From Candidatus Dadabacteria bacterium (GTDB lineage: Bacteria > Desulfobacterota_D > UBA1144 > Nemesobacterales > CSP1-2): a stretch of DNA of 64,000 nucleotides. The position numbers and the translations under genes are program-made. Below the pieces are notes generated by a model. That model worked only from the letters and a program-made list of their open reading frames with translations. It did no database searches and had not been told where the DNA came from. The stretch covers positions 256,001 to 320,000 of the forward strand of contig CAWDVW010000005.1 in assembly GCA_963805855.1 (NCBI GenBank), written 5' to 3'. Shown piece after piece: positions 32,971 to 43,430 of this stretch. Position 1 is the first letter of the stretch; every line of letters starts with the position of its first letter.

Positions 32971-35900
32971 TCACTGAAGTTCGACAGAAACTACCTTCGA
33001 AGTCCCTGGCTCACTTCCTGTTATTCCAATGAGTGAATCAACAGCTTGCATGGTCCTCTTATTATGGGTGATAATGATTACTTGCGATTTGTTTGCAATT
33101 TCCTTTAATAAAGCTATAAATTGAGACGTATTAACATCATCTAACGGAGCATCTATCTCATCAAAAAGAAGAAATGGTGAGGGCTTTACAAAACATGCGC
33201 TAACAACCAGAGCAATGGCAGACAGTGCTTTCTCACCGCCCGAAAGCAGGTTTATTGACTGAAATCTCTTCCCGTTTGGTCTTACCATTACTTCGACACC
33301 GGTATTGAGGATATCCTCCGGGTCTGTAAGAACTAACTTAGCTTCACCGCCTCTAAACAGTCTTCTAAAAATCTCCCGAAACTTGGTATTTACAACCTCA
33401 AAAGTCTCTGTGAACCTTTTCGAGGATTCCCTGTCTATTCTGTTCATAGCCTTTCTAAGGGATGATATCGCCGAGGTTAAATCTTCTACTTGATCATTCA
33501 GGAACTTATGCCTTTCCTCAAGGTTTGTAAACTCCTCCGGAGCGAGCAGATTAACTGGACCGAATCTATCGATTTTTTCTTTAAGTTTTAATAGCCTGCC
33601 CTCTTCGGCATTTGGATCGTAATCCTCAACGCCTTCTTCACCTTCTATATCGACGTCAATACCGCTTTTCTTTATTTCAACCTCTGTATGCTCGATCTCA
33701 ATCTGTAAGCCATTTATCTGAAGCTGCAGAGAATGTGATCTTTCCTGTAAGGAAGCGAGGTCTCCTCTTAACCTTTCTATTTCGGCTCCTTTGTCTCGTA
33801 GCTTACTCAATAACTGTTCCTTCTCATTTTTTCGTATTGATAACTCCTCTTCTTGGATATTGATAATACCCAACAGATTCTCGGTATAATCTTTTGCTTC
33901 TTCCCCAGATTTAATAAGATTTACCTTCTCCACCTTTTTCCTTTCGACTTCTTTGGACTCGGTCTCTAGCCTATTTTTAGTTTCTCTAATCCTGTTCGTA
34001 AGATCATCTAAGTCCTCAAGGATTCCCTTTTCCTTTTCCAAAAGAGTCGCGACTTCGATCCTGAGATCAGCTAATTCCCCCTCGAGGCCCTCCTCTTCGA
34101 CCTCGTAACCCCTCAATACCAGTTCGATTTCACTATACCTCGTCTCCTGTCGTGTTTTCTCCCCTTCAATCTGTGTTACGCCTTTTTTCACTTCATCGAT
34201 TTTCTTCTCAAGTTCTTCTATTTCTAAATCAATAACATTTAACTCGTTTCCAATGACATCGTGTTTTTTACCAATTTTCACGAGATTATCTCGGATATTA
34301 GACAGATCTTTATTGATCTCCGCCTCCTTTATTTCAACCTCGACTAACTCCTTCTCCGACTTCTGCAAAGCACTTTTGATGTCCTCTATTTCAGTCTGAC
34401 TTGCATCAATTTCAACTGAAATTCTTGAAATATCCTTTTCGAGTATTAACGCGTCGGCAGACAACTCCTCAATTTCTCTCTTTCTCTCAAAAACCCCCTC
34501 GGTTGCGAAGCCCCCTGATATCGCCCCGGTTGTGTCCAGGAAATCTCCTTCAAGTGTCACGAACGAAGTCCCTTCACCCATCTCATCTCGTAGCTCCAAT
34601 CCCTCCTTAAGAGACTTTACGATAAACACACCTTTGAGCATGTTTTCAAATATTTCACTGTCAAGACCCTCGACCATGACCTTATCTAAAAGTGGGAACA
34701 CAGAACTCCCATTACTATTAAATTCGCCATTGTTAAAATTTGAAGTAACCGGAATAAAGGTACCCCTTCCGACAGACAACTCCCTAAGTGACTCCACAGC
34801 AGATATTGCGGCTTCCCTCTCCTTTACGAATACCCATTTTAGCTTCTCACCCAATGCTGCCTCAATTGCCCTCTCATAACCCTTCTCTACAGAAATGAAA
34901 TCAGCAGTCAGGCCTAAAATCCCGTTTCCTTTTCTCTCGACCAGAAATCTTCCTATCCCCTCGGGTAACCACTCATAGTTAAATTGGATCTGCCTCAGCG
35001 CACTCAACCTTGAATTGACCTCATTTAGGCGCTCACCCAGTTGCGAGATGTCCTTTTTTTTCATTTCTTGATCGGCAGTCTTGGCAATTAGAGCGTTTTG
35101 TATGCCTTGGTTACTTTGTTTTATTTGTTTCTTCCTCTCATCCAAATCAAGCATTGTATGTTCCAGATCAGAAATGTACTTGAAAGTTGTTTCTCTTTCG
35201 CCCTCTACATCAGTCAACTCTCTTTTCATCCTATCTCTTCTTGATCTCAACTCATTCAACTCTTTGTCATAGCCAAAGGCGGCCCCTTTCATAGAACTAT
35301 GCTTATCTATTATTTCGAACAGAACCGCCTTGGTGTTATCAAGGTCTATCTTTTGTTTCGTGATTTTATCTTTTAAACCGGAGAGAAGATCTTCTTTATT
35401 TATAATCTCATTCTTTATATGGGAAATATCTCTTTTAAACCTCTCAAGGTTATCTTTCTTATTTTCGGTCTGACCCTCTAATTTCACCTCTTGCTCTTTT
35501 AGGAGGTTAATCTCTCTTTCCAATTTACCAACATATTCGTCGATGCTAGAGATCTCACTTTTCACTCTTTCCTGGAAGGATTGCTTTGTCTGTAGATCCG
35601 ATCTTAAGCCATATGTCTCTTTCTCGAATATAACGATGTTCTCCTCCAATCCCTTTACGCTACCCTCAATTTCTCTCACTTCGTTATCTCTGTCCTTTAC
35701 TTGCGCATTTACGCTGGATATACCGTTGTCAATCTCTGACTTCTCAGCTTGAAAACCCTTTTTCTTTATGTCTAACAGCCTGATTCTCGCAAGGTTTATT
35801 CTTAACTCGGTCCTCCTTGCTTCTTCTGACAGACGCCTAAACTCTTCGGCATCTTTGGCCTGGCGGCTCAGGATCTGCATCTGGCGACTTACCTCCTTTA

Positions 35901-36474
35901 TCAGATCCTTAACTCTGGCAAGATTCTCATTCGTCGATTTGATCCTGCTTTCGGTCTCACGCCGCCTTACCTTGTATTTGAGGATTCCGGCTACCTCTTC
36001 AATCAGCAACCTCTTATCTTCAGGCTTCGCAGAGATCATCTGCTCAATCTTACCCTGACCTATTATCGAGAACGCTCGCGCTCCGGCCCCGGTATCCAGA
36101 AACATTTCAGTAATGTCCTTCAGCCGACAAGGCGTTCCATTGATGTAGTATTCGGATTCCCCGGATCGAAAGAGCCTACGTTTGATCACAATTTCACCGA
36201 ATCCGTCATCAGGTAGATCGTTGAGTACTAGAGAAACCTCCGCCAGCCCCAGGGGCTTGAGCGTTTCACCGCCATTAGAAATTACATCATCCATGGCCTC
36301 GGCTCTGAGCCTTCTTGGATTCTGCTCTCCCAGGATCCAAAGGATTGCATCGAATACATTTGATTTCCCGCATCCATTAGGTCCTACGACCGCATTTATT
36401 CTGTCATGACATGGGACAATTGTTTTTTCATAGAAGGATTTAAAGCCCAAGATTTCGATTGACTTGATTTTCAT
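32971..36474 (-). CDS. smc: Chromosome segregation protein SMC
   Basis: GPNGCGKSN Walker A, long coiled coils, hinge GRGTFIP, LLSGGEK and DEIDAPLD. Confidence 0.97.
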   Translation of the reverse strand: MKIKSIEILGFKSFYEKTIVPCHDRINAVVGPNGCGKSNVFDAILWILGEQNPRRLRAEAMDDVISNGGETLKPLGLAEVSLVLNDLPDDGFGEIVIKRRLFRSGESEYYINGTPCRLKDITEMFLDTGAGARAFSIIGQGKIEQMISAKPEDKRLLIEEVAGILKYKVRRRETESRIKSTNENLARVKDLIKEVSRQMQILSRQAKDAEEFRRLSEEARRTELRINLARIRLLDIKKKGFQAEKSEIDNGISSVNAQVKDRDNEVREIEGSVKGLEENIVIFEKETYGLRSDLQTKQSFQERVKSEISSIDEYVGKLEREINLLKEQEVKLEGQTENKKDNLERFKRDISHIKNEIINKEDLLSGLKDKITKQKIDLDNTKAVLFEIIDKHSSMKGAAFGYDKELNELRSRRDRMKRELTDVEGERETTFKYISDLEHTMLDLDERKKQIKQSNQGIQNALIAKTADQEMKKKDISQLGERLNEVNSRLSALRQIQFNYEWLPEGIGRFLVERKGNGILGLTADFISVEKGYERAIEAALGEKLKWVFVKEREAAISAVESLRELSVGRGTFIPVTSNFNNGEFNSNGSSVFPLLDKVMVEGLDSEIFENMLKGVFIVKSLKEGLELRDEMGEGTSFVTLEGDFLDTTGAISGGFATEGVFERKREIEELSADALILEKDISRISVEIDASQTEIEDIKSALQKSEKELVEVEIKEAEINKDLSNIRDNLVKIGKKHDVIGNELNVIDLEIEELEKKIDEVKKGVTQIEGEKTRQETRYSEIELVLRGYEVEEEGLEGELADLRIEVATLLEKEKGILEDLDDLTNRIRETKNRLETESKEVERKKVEKVNLIKSGEEAKDYTENLLGIINIQEEELSIRKNEKEQLLSKLRDKGAEIERLRGDLASLQERSHSLQLQINGLQIEIEHTEVEIKKSGIDVDIEGEEGVEDYDPNAEEGRLLKLKEKIDRFGPVNLLAPEEFTNLEERHKFLNDQVEDLTSAISSLRKAMNRIDRESSKRFTETFEVVNTKFREIFRRLFRGGEAKLVLTDPEDILNTGVEVMVRPNGKRFQSINLLSGGEKALSAIALVVSACFVKPSPFLLFDEIDAPLDDVNTSQFIALLKEIANKSQVIIITHNKRTMQAVDSLIGITGSEPGTSKVVSVELQ

Positions 36475-36522
36475 CTATAAATAAGCTTAATCCGACCTAA
36501 TCCAGAATTTTTATTCATATTA

Positions 36523-36569
36523 ACACAACTTGCTGTAGTTTGCTAGGGGTTTTATACAATATATTGTGT
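36523..36569. promoter_or_regulatory. Putative tandem NrdR boxes upstream of smc
   Basis: ATACAATATATTGTGT at 36554-36569 is near consensus; degenerate ACACAACTTGCTGTAG at 36523-36538; starts are 31 bp apart. Confidence 0.5.
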
Positions 36570-36770
36570 ATGATCAAATAATCGCTTCCGAAAGCAGCAG
36601 TAGCCTCCATTTACCGAAGGGACAAAGAGAAGGGAATAGGAGATAAATCGATACGCTACTTTAGGAACCGGACTCTAAGTTGCTGATCTTGTTTTGTTTT
36701 ATGAATCCCGAGAAACTCCAGGTGGCTTTTCGATGCTGACTTGACTGCTACAGAGGTAAGAACTGCCTTA

Positions 36771-38378
36771 CTATCCGGCCTGCCCCCTTGGGCGGATGAT
36801 ACTTTCGTTAGGGATAATCTTTGCCTCCTCTCTCAGCTTTTGGAGCCACTCCGACAAGATGTCATTCCTGCGCCGGGCAATTTCATTGTCTCCGAGTTCT
36901 GTTTTTTTTTCTTCAAATCCCTGCGTATCTGGCTCCTGAATTTCCTTCAATGATGCAACATAAAACCTATCGCCCGAGATATAAACCCTCGGGGCCATAG
37001 GATTACTTTTCTCGAGGGAGAAAGCATCTTTCTTCAACTCTCCGGAGTTGATTTTAGGAACATTATCAAGACGGCTGAAAAATCCGGTCTCTTCAACCTC
37101 AAGGCCCTTAGATCTTGCAAATTCCTTTATCCCGTCTTTAGTCTTATTTATATTGTCGAGAAACTCCTGAGCCTTTAACCTAGACGATTCTTTCGCTTTG
37201 GTTGTTTTTATTTTTTCTGCAATTTCCTTTTCCGCCTCATCCAATTTTTTTTGGTATGGTTGCGATACCTCCGCTACCTCTATGATCCATATTGTATCTC
37301 CCACTATCGAATACCCCTTCTCACCTTTATTTATAGAAAAGGCCTTGCTTGCCACCTGAAGAGGTATACCCTCAATTGCTTCACCAGCGGCAAACACCTT
37401 GCTCTCGCTAATATCAACTATACCATTCTGGTGCGCCAACTCAGCGAACGAGCTTTTCTCGAATCTGTCATTAAGTTCCTTTAAAAAATCATCTTTAAGA
37501 AACGTCGCACGTTGTTTTCTAATTTTATCCCGAACCTTTTCTTTAACTTCGGATAAGGGTAAGACATTGTTGTCCTCAGATCTAAATTCATCCGGATAGG
37601 AATTGTAGTAAGCTTCGATCTCCTGATCACTTACCGTCACATTTCTCTCCAGTTTATCGGGGGTAATTTTAAAGTAACGTATCCTTCTCAATTCTGGCGT
37701 TTTGAATTCATCCGTATGCATTTCATAGTAACTCGAGATCTCTTCTTTGCTAAGTGTCGCGGAATCCAAGTACTCCTCGGGAGAAAACTCAACAAAGTAT
37801 AGATTTACCTTCTCATTTTGCTTCTTGTATACGCTCAACAGTTCCTCATCCGTGATATTAGCTGTTTGATTGATAAGATTTATGAGTTTCCGAACCAGAA
37901 TTTCTTCCCTGTATTTCAGTTCGAAACTACTCACAGTATCATTTGTCGACTGTTCTATAAGGGTTTTATATGCTTCGGTCCCGATGAATTGCCCATCGAT
38001 CTGAAAAGCCGGGTTGGATCTAATAGCCTCGCTCAATTCCTCATCCGTTACCCTAAATCCCATATCTCTTGCCTTTTGTGATAGAAGCTTTAAGTCTATT
38101 AATTGATTAAGAGCCGACAGATTGATATAGTTTTGGATTGCCTCCGGGATCTCCCCCTGTTGTTTAAACTGTTTATAGAGATTTTCTCTAACCTTTAAGA
38201 ATTCCATTAACGAGATTTTCTCGCCATTCACCTCCGCCGCTGTACCCTGGGGAACTCCTCTCAATAGCCCAAATTTCTGGAAACTGAAGCCGAATCCAAC
38301 TACAAAGGTAATCGCGAGTAGGATCAGAAGACCTTTCGTAAACCAGGTATTGTGTTTTCTAATTAAATCTAGGCTCAT
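36771..38378 (-). CDS. PpiD/SurA N-terminal domain periplasmic chaperone
   Basis: N-terminal TM, AEVNGEKIS, GFRVTDEEL, PAFQIDGQF and YYEMH..EFKTPE motifs. Confidence 0.85.
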   Translation of the reverse strand: MSLDLIRKHNTWFTKGLLILLAITFVVGFGFSFQKFGLLRGVPQGTAAEVNGEKISLMEFLKVRENLYKQFKQQGEIPEAIQNYINLSALNQLIDLKLLSQKARDMGFRVTDEELSEAIRSNPAFQIDGQFIGTEAYKTLIEQSTNDTVSSFELKYREEILVRKLINLINQTANITDEELLSVYKKQNEKVNLYFVEFSPEEYLDSATLSKEEISSYYEMHTDEFKTPELRRIRYFKITPDKLERNVTVSDQEIEAYYNSYPDEFRSEDNNVLPLSEVKEKVRDKIRKQRATFLKDDFLKELNDRFEKSSFAELAHQNGIVDISESKVFAAGEAIEGIPLQVASKAFSINKGEKGYSIVGDTIWIIEVAEVSQPYQKKLDEAEKEIAEKIKTTKAKESSRLKAQEFLDNINKTKDGIKEFARSKGLEVEETGFFSRLDNVPKINSGELKKDAFSLEKSNPMAPRVYISGDRFYVASLKEIQEPDTQGFEEKKTELGDNEIARRRNDILSEWLQKLREEAKIIPNESIIRPRGQAG

Positions 38379-38725
38379 TCGTCAACCACCACAATCGTAA
38401 GGCTATATTAAAATCTATATGACTTTATAAAAGTATCAAATGAACAAGCCTCCAGCAAGCTGCAAGTTATCAGTACATCAGCACTCTGTCAACCATGTCA
38501 TCGCTACGAAACCTGAGCAAGGTTGAAGGATACGAGGCAACCTAAAACGAAAAAAATGAGATTGCTTCACGATAAAACTCCTCGGAAAGAGACAAAGGGA
38601 CCAAAGCCTGGATTTCCACCTAGGGAATGTGGGAACGGCAGGCTATGAGATAGCTTCAACTTGCCTCGCAAATTTCTTAATTATAGACGTCACATAATTC
38701 TTGGATAGTGTTTTAGACCTTAAAT

Positions 38726-38882
38726 GGGCATTCAAAAAATTGCCAAAATCAATTCCGGAAGCGTAAAAAAAAGTGACAATCATTACTGTCATCTCGAAGG
38801 AACAAAGTGACTGAGAGAACTAATTAATTATAGCAATAGATATCTCGCATTCGCTCGATACGCAAGCGTTTTTTGTCAGCCC
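38726..38882 (+). repeat. MITE-like repeat family A, copy 2 (157 bp)
   Basis: Near-identical to 62947-63103; followed by the TTCTTTGT-ATCAAG-ACAAAGAA hairpin. Confidence 0.85.
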
Positions 38883-39058
38883 TTGATTTTTGTTTCTTTG
38901 TATCAAGACAAAGAAAAAATAGAAGGAGGTGGCGTATTGCCGCTACAATGGCACGCTATTAGCTTTAGATAATTGCAGAGTCTGTTGAATAATTACGTCA
39001 GAAACACGTATTGACATCGAGGGATGCCGAATATAGATACATCCAAGCCCCTGTTTTT

Positions 39059-39385
39059 TCATTTGCAAATATCAAAATAATAAACCCCATCCCTAACATC
39101 TACAACTTCCACTCGAGCCCCTATCTCGAGATTTTCTGAATTTGAGTTAACTAATAAACGACCCGTTAACTTAAAATCTTCCTGAAACTCAACAACGGCA
39201 ACTGTATAAGGCGCCTCATCCTCGAGACTTGAGAGTGGAACATAAACTGTGGAGTAAGTATATAGAGTTCCTTTACCAGGAATCTCTATCGACTCCAATT
39301 TATCCGAGTTACATGAAACGCAAAAATATGCCGGAGGGGATTGATACTTGCCACAGGAAGAACATTTATGGACCGAAACATCCAT
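39059..39385 (-). CDS. DUF35-type zinc-ribbon/OB-fold protein (thiolase partner)
   Basis: CSSCG..PP..FCVSC zinc ribbon, GTLYTYSTV and APYTVAVVE motifs; directly downstream of the thiolase. Confidence 0.88.
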   Translation of the reverse strand: MDVSVHKCSSCGKYQSPPAYFCVSCNSDKLESIEIPGKGTLYTYSTVYVPLSSLEDEAPYTVAVVEFQEDFKLTGRLLVNSNSENLEIGARVEVVDVRDGVYYFDICK

Positions 39386-39390
39386 CGTAT

Positions 39391-40557
39391 TCAATTCCTT
39401 GCCAGTATATGGACTACACATGTGGCGCCGGAACCACCTAGGTTATGGGTTAGTCCAAAATCCGCATTTTCCACCTGTCTGTCATCGGCATCCCCTCGAA
39501 GCTGAAGCGCTATCTCTGCAATCTGGTCGACACCAGTTGCACCCACGGGATGTCCTTTGGCTTTGAGCCCTCCGCTGGGATTTACCACAAATTTACCCCC
39601 GTATGATGTCATTCCGTCAGATGTTGCGGGACCCCCTTGCCCCTTAGGAACAAATCCCAGATCCTCAATTGCTAATATCTCAGCGATCGTAAAACAATCA
39701 TGGACTTCTGCTACATCAATATCCCGGGGTTTTAGACCTGCCATAGCAAATGCCATCTCCGCCGCCACCACAGTAGCGTTAAATTTAGTCAAATCATCCT
39801 TTTGATATAATGCAAAATGATCCATCGCCTGACCGTATCCTATTATATCGACGGGCTTATCCGACAAACTTCTTGCTATGCCTCCTTCGCTTAGAACAAC
39901 GGCCGATGCGCCATCTGTTATTAGAGAACAGTCATAAAGTCGAAGCGGGTCCGCTACTATTCTGTCATCCTCCAAAACCTGATCAATAGTAATAGATTTA
40001 TGCATGTGCGCTGTAGGATTATTTAGACCGTTTTTGTGATTCTTTACAGCCACAGCAGCTAGATGTTTCCTAGTAGTCCCGTATTGATGCATGTGTCTCC
40101 TGGCCATCATTGCAAATGCGCAGGGAAAGGTGTAACCGACCTTTACTTCATTTTCCCAGTCCCCTGCCTTAGCTAGAAATTCTGTAACCTTGGGCGTAGT
40201 GACCGTATTCATCTTTTCAACACCGATAACTAAAACTATCCGAGCAGTGCCTGAGTTTATTGCTAGAATCCCCTCCCTCACTGCGGAACCCCCTGAAGCA
40301 CAGGCATTTTCAATATGAGTACAGGCAACGTGCGCCCCCAAACCCAGTGCTGAACCCACGTAGGGTGCAAGATGATTCTGATTGATAAAATCGCTTGCAC
40401 CGTAGTTTCCCAGGTATAGGGCTTCTATTTCTTCAGGGCCAATGCCGGCATCATCCATCGCCTTTTTCCCCGCTTCCACAGATAAGTCCAATAACGTTTT
40501 CTCCTTTAACACCCCAAACTTAGTTTTTCCTATTCCTACTACAGATATATCCTTCAT
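39391..40557 (-). CDS. Thiolase family protein (archaeal/SCP2-thiolase type acetyl-CoA C-acyltransferase)
   Basis: ENACASGG, AEVHDCF, NPSGGLKAKGHPVGATG and HNLGG motifs. Confidence 0.92.
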   Translation of the reverse strand: MKDISVVGIGKTKFGVLKEKTLLDLSVEAGKKAMDDAGIGPEEIEALYLGNYGASDFINQNHLAPYVGSALGLGAHVACTHIENACASGGSAVREGILAINSGTARIVLVIGVEKMNTVTTPKVTEFLAKAGDWENEVKVGYTFPCAFAMMARRHMHQYGTTRKHLAAVAVKNHKNGLNNPTAHMHKSITIDQVLEDDRIVADPLRLYDCSLITDGASAVVLSEGGIARSLSDKPVDIIGYGQAMDHFALYQKDDLTKFNATVVAAEMAFAMAGLKPRDIDVAEVHDCFTIAEILAIEDLGFVPKGQGGPATSDGMTSYGGKFVVNPSGGLKAKGHPVGATGVDQIAEIALQLRGDADDRQVENADFGLTHNLGGSGATCVVHILARN

Positions 40558-41074
40558 AGTTTCTTACCTGAATCCCGGTATATTCTAGACGAACGCTGAT
40601 TACATATATCCTCTAGAAATACAATATTTTACCTTATGATTTCCATAATATTTGATGAACTAGCATTACATTCATCTCTTGTTGCTCTCTCTACCAAAAA
40701 GCAAAAATGTTAGTAACTATGTCTCTCAACTAGAGGCGACCTCAAGTGACCAGCATCTTGAGATGATGAGTCAATAGAATCTCTTTGTCAAATTACTATA
40801 AGCCATTTACGGGAGAATCAGCCTCTAAGCGAAAAACCCCTTCAATAATCTTTAAAACCGTGGGCTCCCCGAGGACTGGATGCTAGCTTCAATTCAATCA
40901 AATCCACCTAACTGCTCTTACCCGTCCTCCGATAATGATAGGTGCAGTAAATCTTGACACTCACAGATCTCTAACTTATTCTAACGCTTATGTCCTGATT
41001 TAATTCACGCTCTTTGTTTTCAATAATGTCCTTATCCGGAAAAAGATAGTAATCTATATTTATAAGGTTAATCA

Positions 41075-42001
41075 ATGATAACAGCCCTTGGAGGAGGGGT
41101 TGGGGCAGCAAAGTTCTTGAGGGGCCTCTCCAAAGTTATAAAAGAAGAATTACTCACGGTAATAGTCAATACTGGCGACGACATTTCTATCTCCGGCCTC
41201 AGAATCTCCCCTGATATAGATATAGTAATCTACTGGCTGTCAAACATCGTAGACAGGAAAAAGGGATGGGGTATCGTGGACGATACCTTCAGCTGTCTGG
41301 AAGCCATGACAAAATTTGGTTTAGAGGGCTGGTTCAGCCTCGGCGACAGGGACATTGCAACACATATTTTTCGAACATACTTGAGGGGAATGGGATTTAA
41401 ACCCTCTGAGATTACCGGCAGAATCGCAAAGGCCTTAGATGTCGGCGACATAAAGATACTCCCCATGACCGATGAAGATGTAGAAACGTGGATTCTCACT
41501 GACGAAGGCGAAATGCACTTTCAGGAATATCTAGTAAAAAAACAGATGAATCCAACCGTGAAATCGGTATTTATTAGGGGTATTGAAAAAGCAAAGCCCG
41601 CCCCCGGAGTAATAGACGCGATAGAAGAGTCAAGGTTAATAATACTATGCCCAAGCAATCCGATAATTAGCATCGGTCCCATACTCAAGATAATTAAGAT
41701 AAGAGAAGCACTCCAAAGGACAAAAGCCAGAATAATGGCAATCAGCCCACTCGTAGGTGGAAAACCATTAAAGGGCCCGGCCGACCGGCTGATGAAGGGC
41801 ATCGGCCTTGAGGTTTCATCAACACAGGTAGCCAAACTCTATAAAGATTTCATTGATGGGATGGTAATCGACGAAAGAGATGCTCTTGAAGCAAATGCAA
41901 TAAGACAATTGGGCATCGAGCCATTTGTACTCGATACAATCATGAATGAAGACGAAAAAGCTGAGCAGGTGGCAAAACAGGTATTGAAGCTATCGGCATA
42001 G
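41075..42001 (+). CDS. cofD: 2-phospho-L-lactate transferase (F420 biosynthesis)
   Basis: LGGGVGAAKF, NTGDD, SPDID, WFSLGDRDIATH, HFQEY, PSNPIISIGPIL and KGPA motifs. Confidence 0.95.
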   Translation: MITALGGGVGAAKFLRGLSKVIKEELLTVIVNTGDDISISGLRISPDIDIVIYWLSNIVDRKKGWGIVDDTFSCLEAMTKFGLEGWFSLGDRDIATHIFRTYLRGMGFKPSEITGRIAKALDVGDIKILPMTDEDVETWILTDEGEMHFQEYLVKKQMNPTVKSVFIRGIEKAKPAPGVIDAIEESRLIILCPSNPIISIGPILKIIKIREALQRTKARIMAISPLVGGKPLKGPADRLMKGIGLEVSSTQVAKLYKDFIDGMVIDERDALEANAIRQLGIEPFVLDTIMNEDEKAEQVAKQVLKLSA

Positions 42002-42149
42002 TAAAATCACCGAAGTGTGAAATCGTTAATTTTTATCAGTCGAGAAAGACTTGACAAGAACCAAATAATCATGTGACTATAATAAAATCATGATGGGTAC
42101 TTGAGTTCATTTATAACTAGCCCAGCGAAGATTTAGAGGGAAAAGCTAA

Positions 42150-43430
42150 AATGATTTCATTCGTTGAAGAAACAGACAATCTATTTTCCTCAGAACAGGT
42201 TTATTCCTCCTTCAAATCACACGGCGTTGAAGTAAACATGGGAAAACCACCGTCGACAAGATTGGAGAAAATATTTCAGGATGCCTACTCATTCGGACAA
42301 TCAGCAGGGAAGACGCACTATCTCTCGTCACTCTTAAAACGGAAGAAATACCCTACTTATTGATAGCTGCCTCTAAAATCAGAGACAGGGGCAAGGGCAG
42401 GACACTCAGCTTCTCAAGGAATATCTTTTTACCACTTACAAGACTCTGCAGGGATCACTGTGGATATTGTACCTTTAAAATTGAACCAGAAGAAGGTGAA
42501 CTCTTTGTACCTCCCGACGAAGTAAAGGATATGGCAAGAAAAGGTGCACAGCTTGGATGCACCGAACTCCTTTTCGTAACGGGTGATAAACCTGAACTTG
42601 TATACCCTTCTTATCGTGAAGCCCTTCGGGACATAGGCTATGAGACGACTGCAGAGTATCTGATAGCGATGTGTGAGGCGGGACTAAGGGAGAACATTTT
42701 CCCTCATTCTAACCTTGGATTGGCAACCAGGGAAGAGCTTCTAGCCCTCAAAGAATCGAACCCGAGCATGGGGCTAATGCTGGAAAACATTAGTCCAAGA
42801 CTCCTGAAGAAAGGCCAGGCACACTACCGCTCGGCCGACAAGGTACCTAAACTCAGGATGAGAACAATGGAACTGGCCGGAGAGTTAAGAATCGCCTGGA
42901 CTAGTGGGATATTGGTGGGCATCGGTGAAACATGGGAAGAAAGGATTGATTCGCTTTATGCATTAAAGAATCTTTCGGACGAATATGGTCATATTCAAGA
43001 AATAATAATACAGAATTTTAGTCCAAAGCACGGAATTATTATGCAAAATTATACACCCCCAAGCTTCATGGAAATGCTTAAGACTGTCGCAATATCAAGG
43101 CTCATTCTTGGAGAGAATATGAATATACAAGTCCCGCCAAATTTAAATCCCAAGACTTATCCGCTATTCATTTTTGCGGGTATAAACGACCTGGGCGGTG
43201 TATCTCCACTTACAATCGACTATGTAAACCCTGAGGCTCCGTGGCCGCATATAAAGACTATGGAGAATCTATGCGATGAGGTCGGATTCAAATTAGAAGA
43301 AAGGCTGCCAGTTTACCCTGAATTTATAAACGAAGAGTTCATAAGCAAACTGGTTCTGGAACGCATTTACAATTTTGTCGACCAGAGTGGATTTGTAAGA
43401 ACGCAGGAGGTTCAGAATGGAAGATATTAA
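42150..43430 (+). CDS. cofG: FO synthase subunit CofG, interrupted by one frameshift near 42300 (mutation or sequencing error)
   Basis: Radical SAM motif PLTRLCRDHCGYC; QVPPNL and DLGGVSPLTIDYVNPEAPWP. The main frame reads upstream as ISREDALSLVTLKTEEIPYLL and joins the short upstream ORF. Confidence 0.88.

Noticed and set aside
40600-41070. Possible ncRNA between the thiolase and cofD
   Set aside because: Some local hairpins, but no match to an RNA family I can recognise by eye; an Rfam search is needed.
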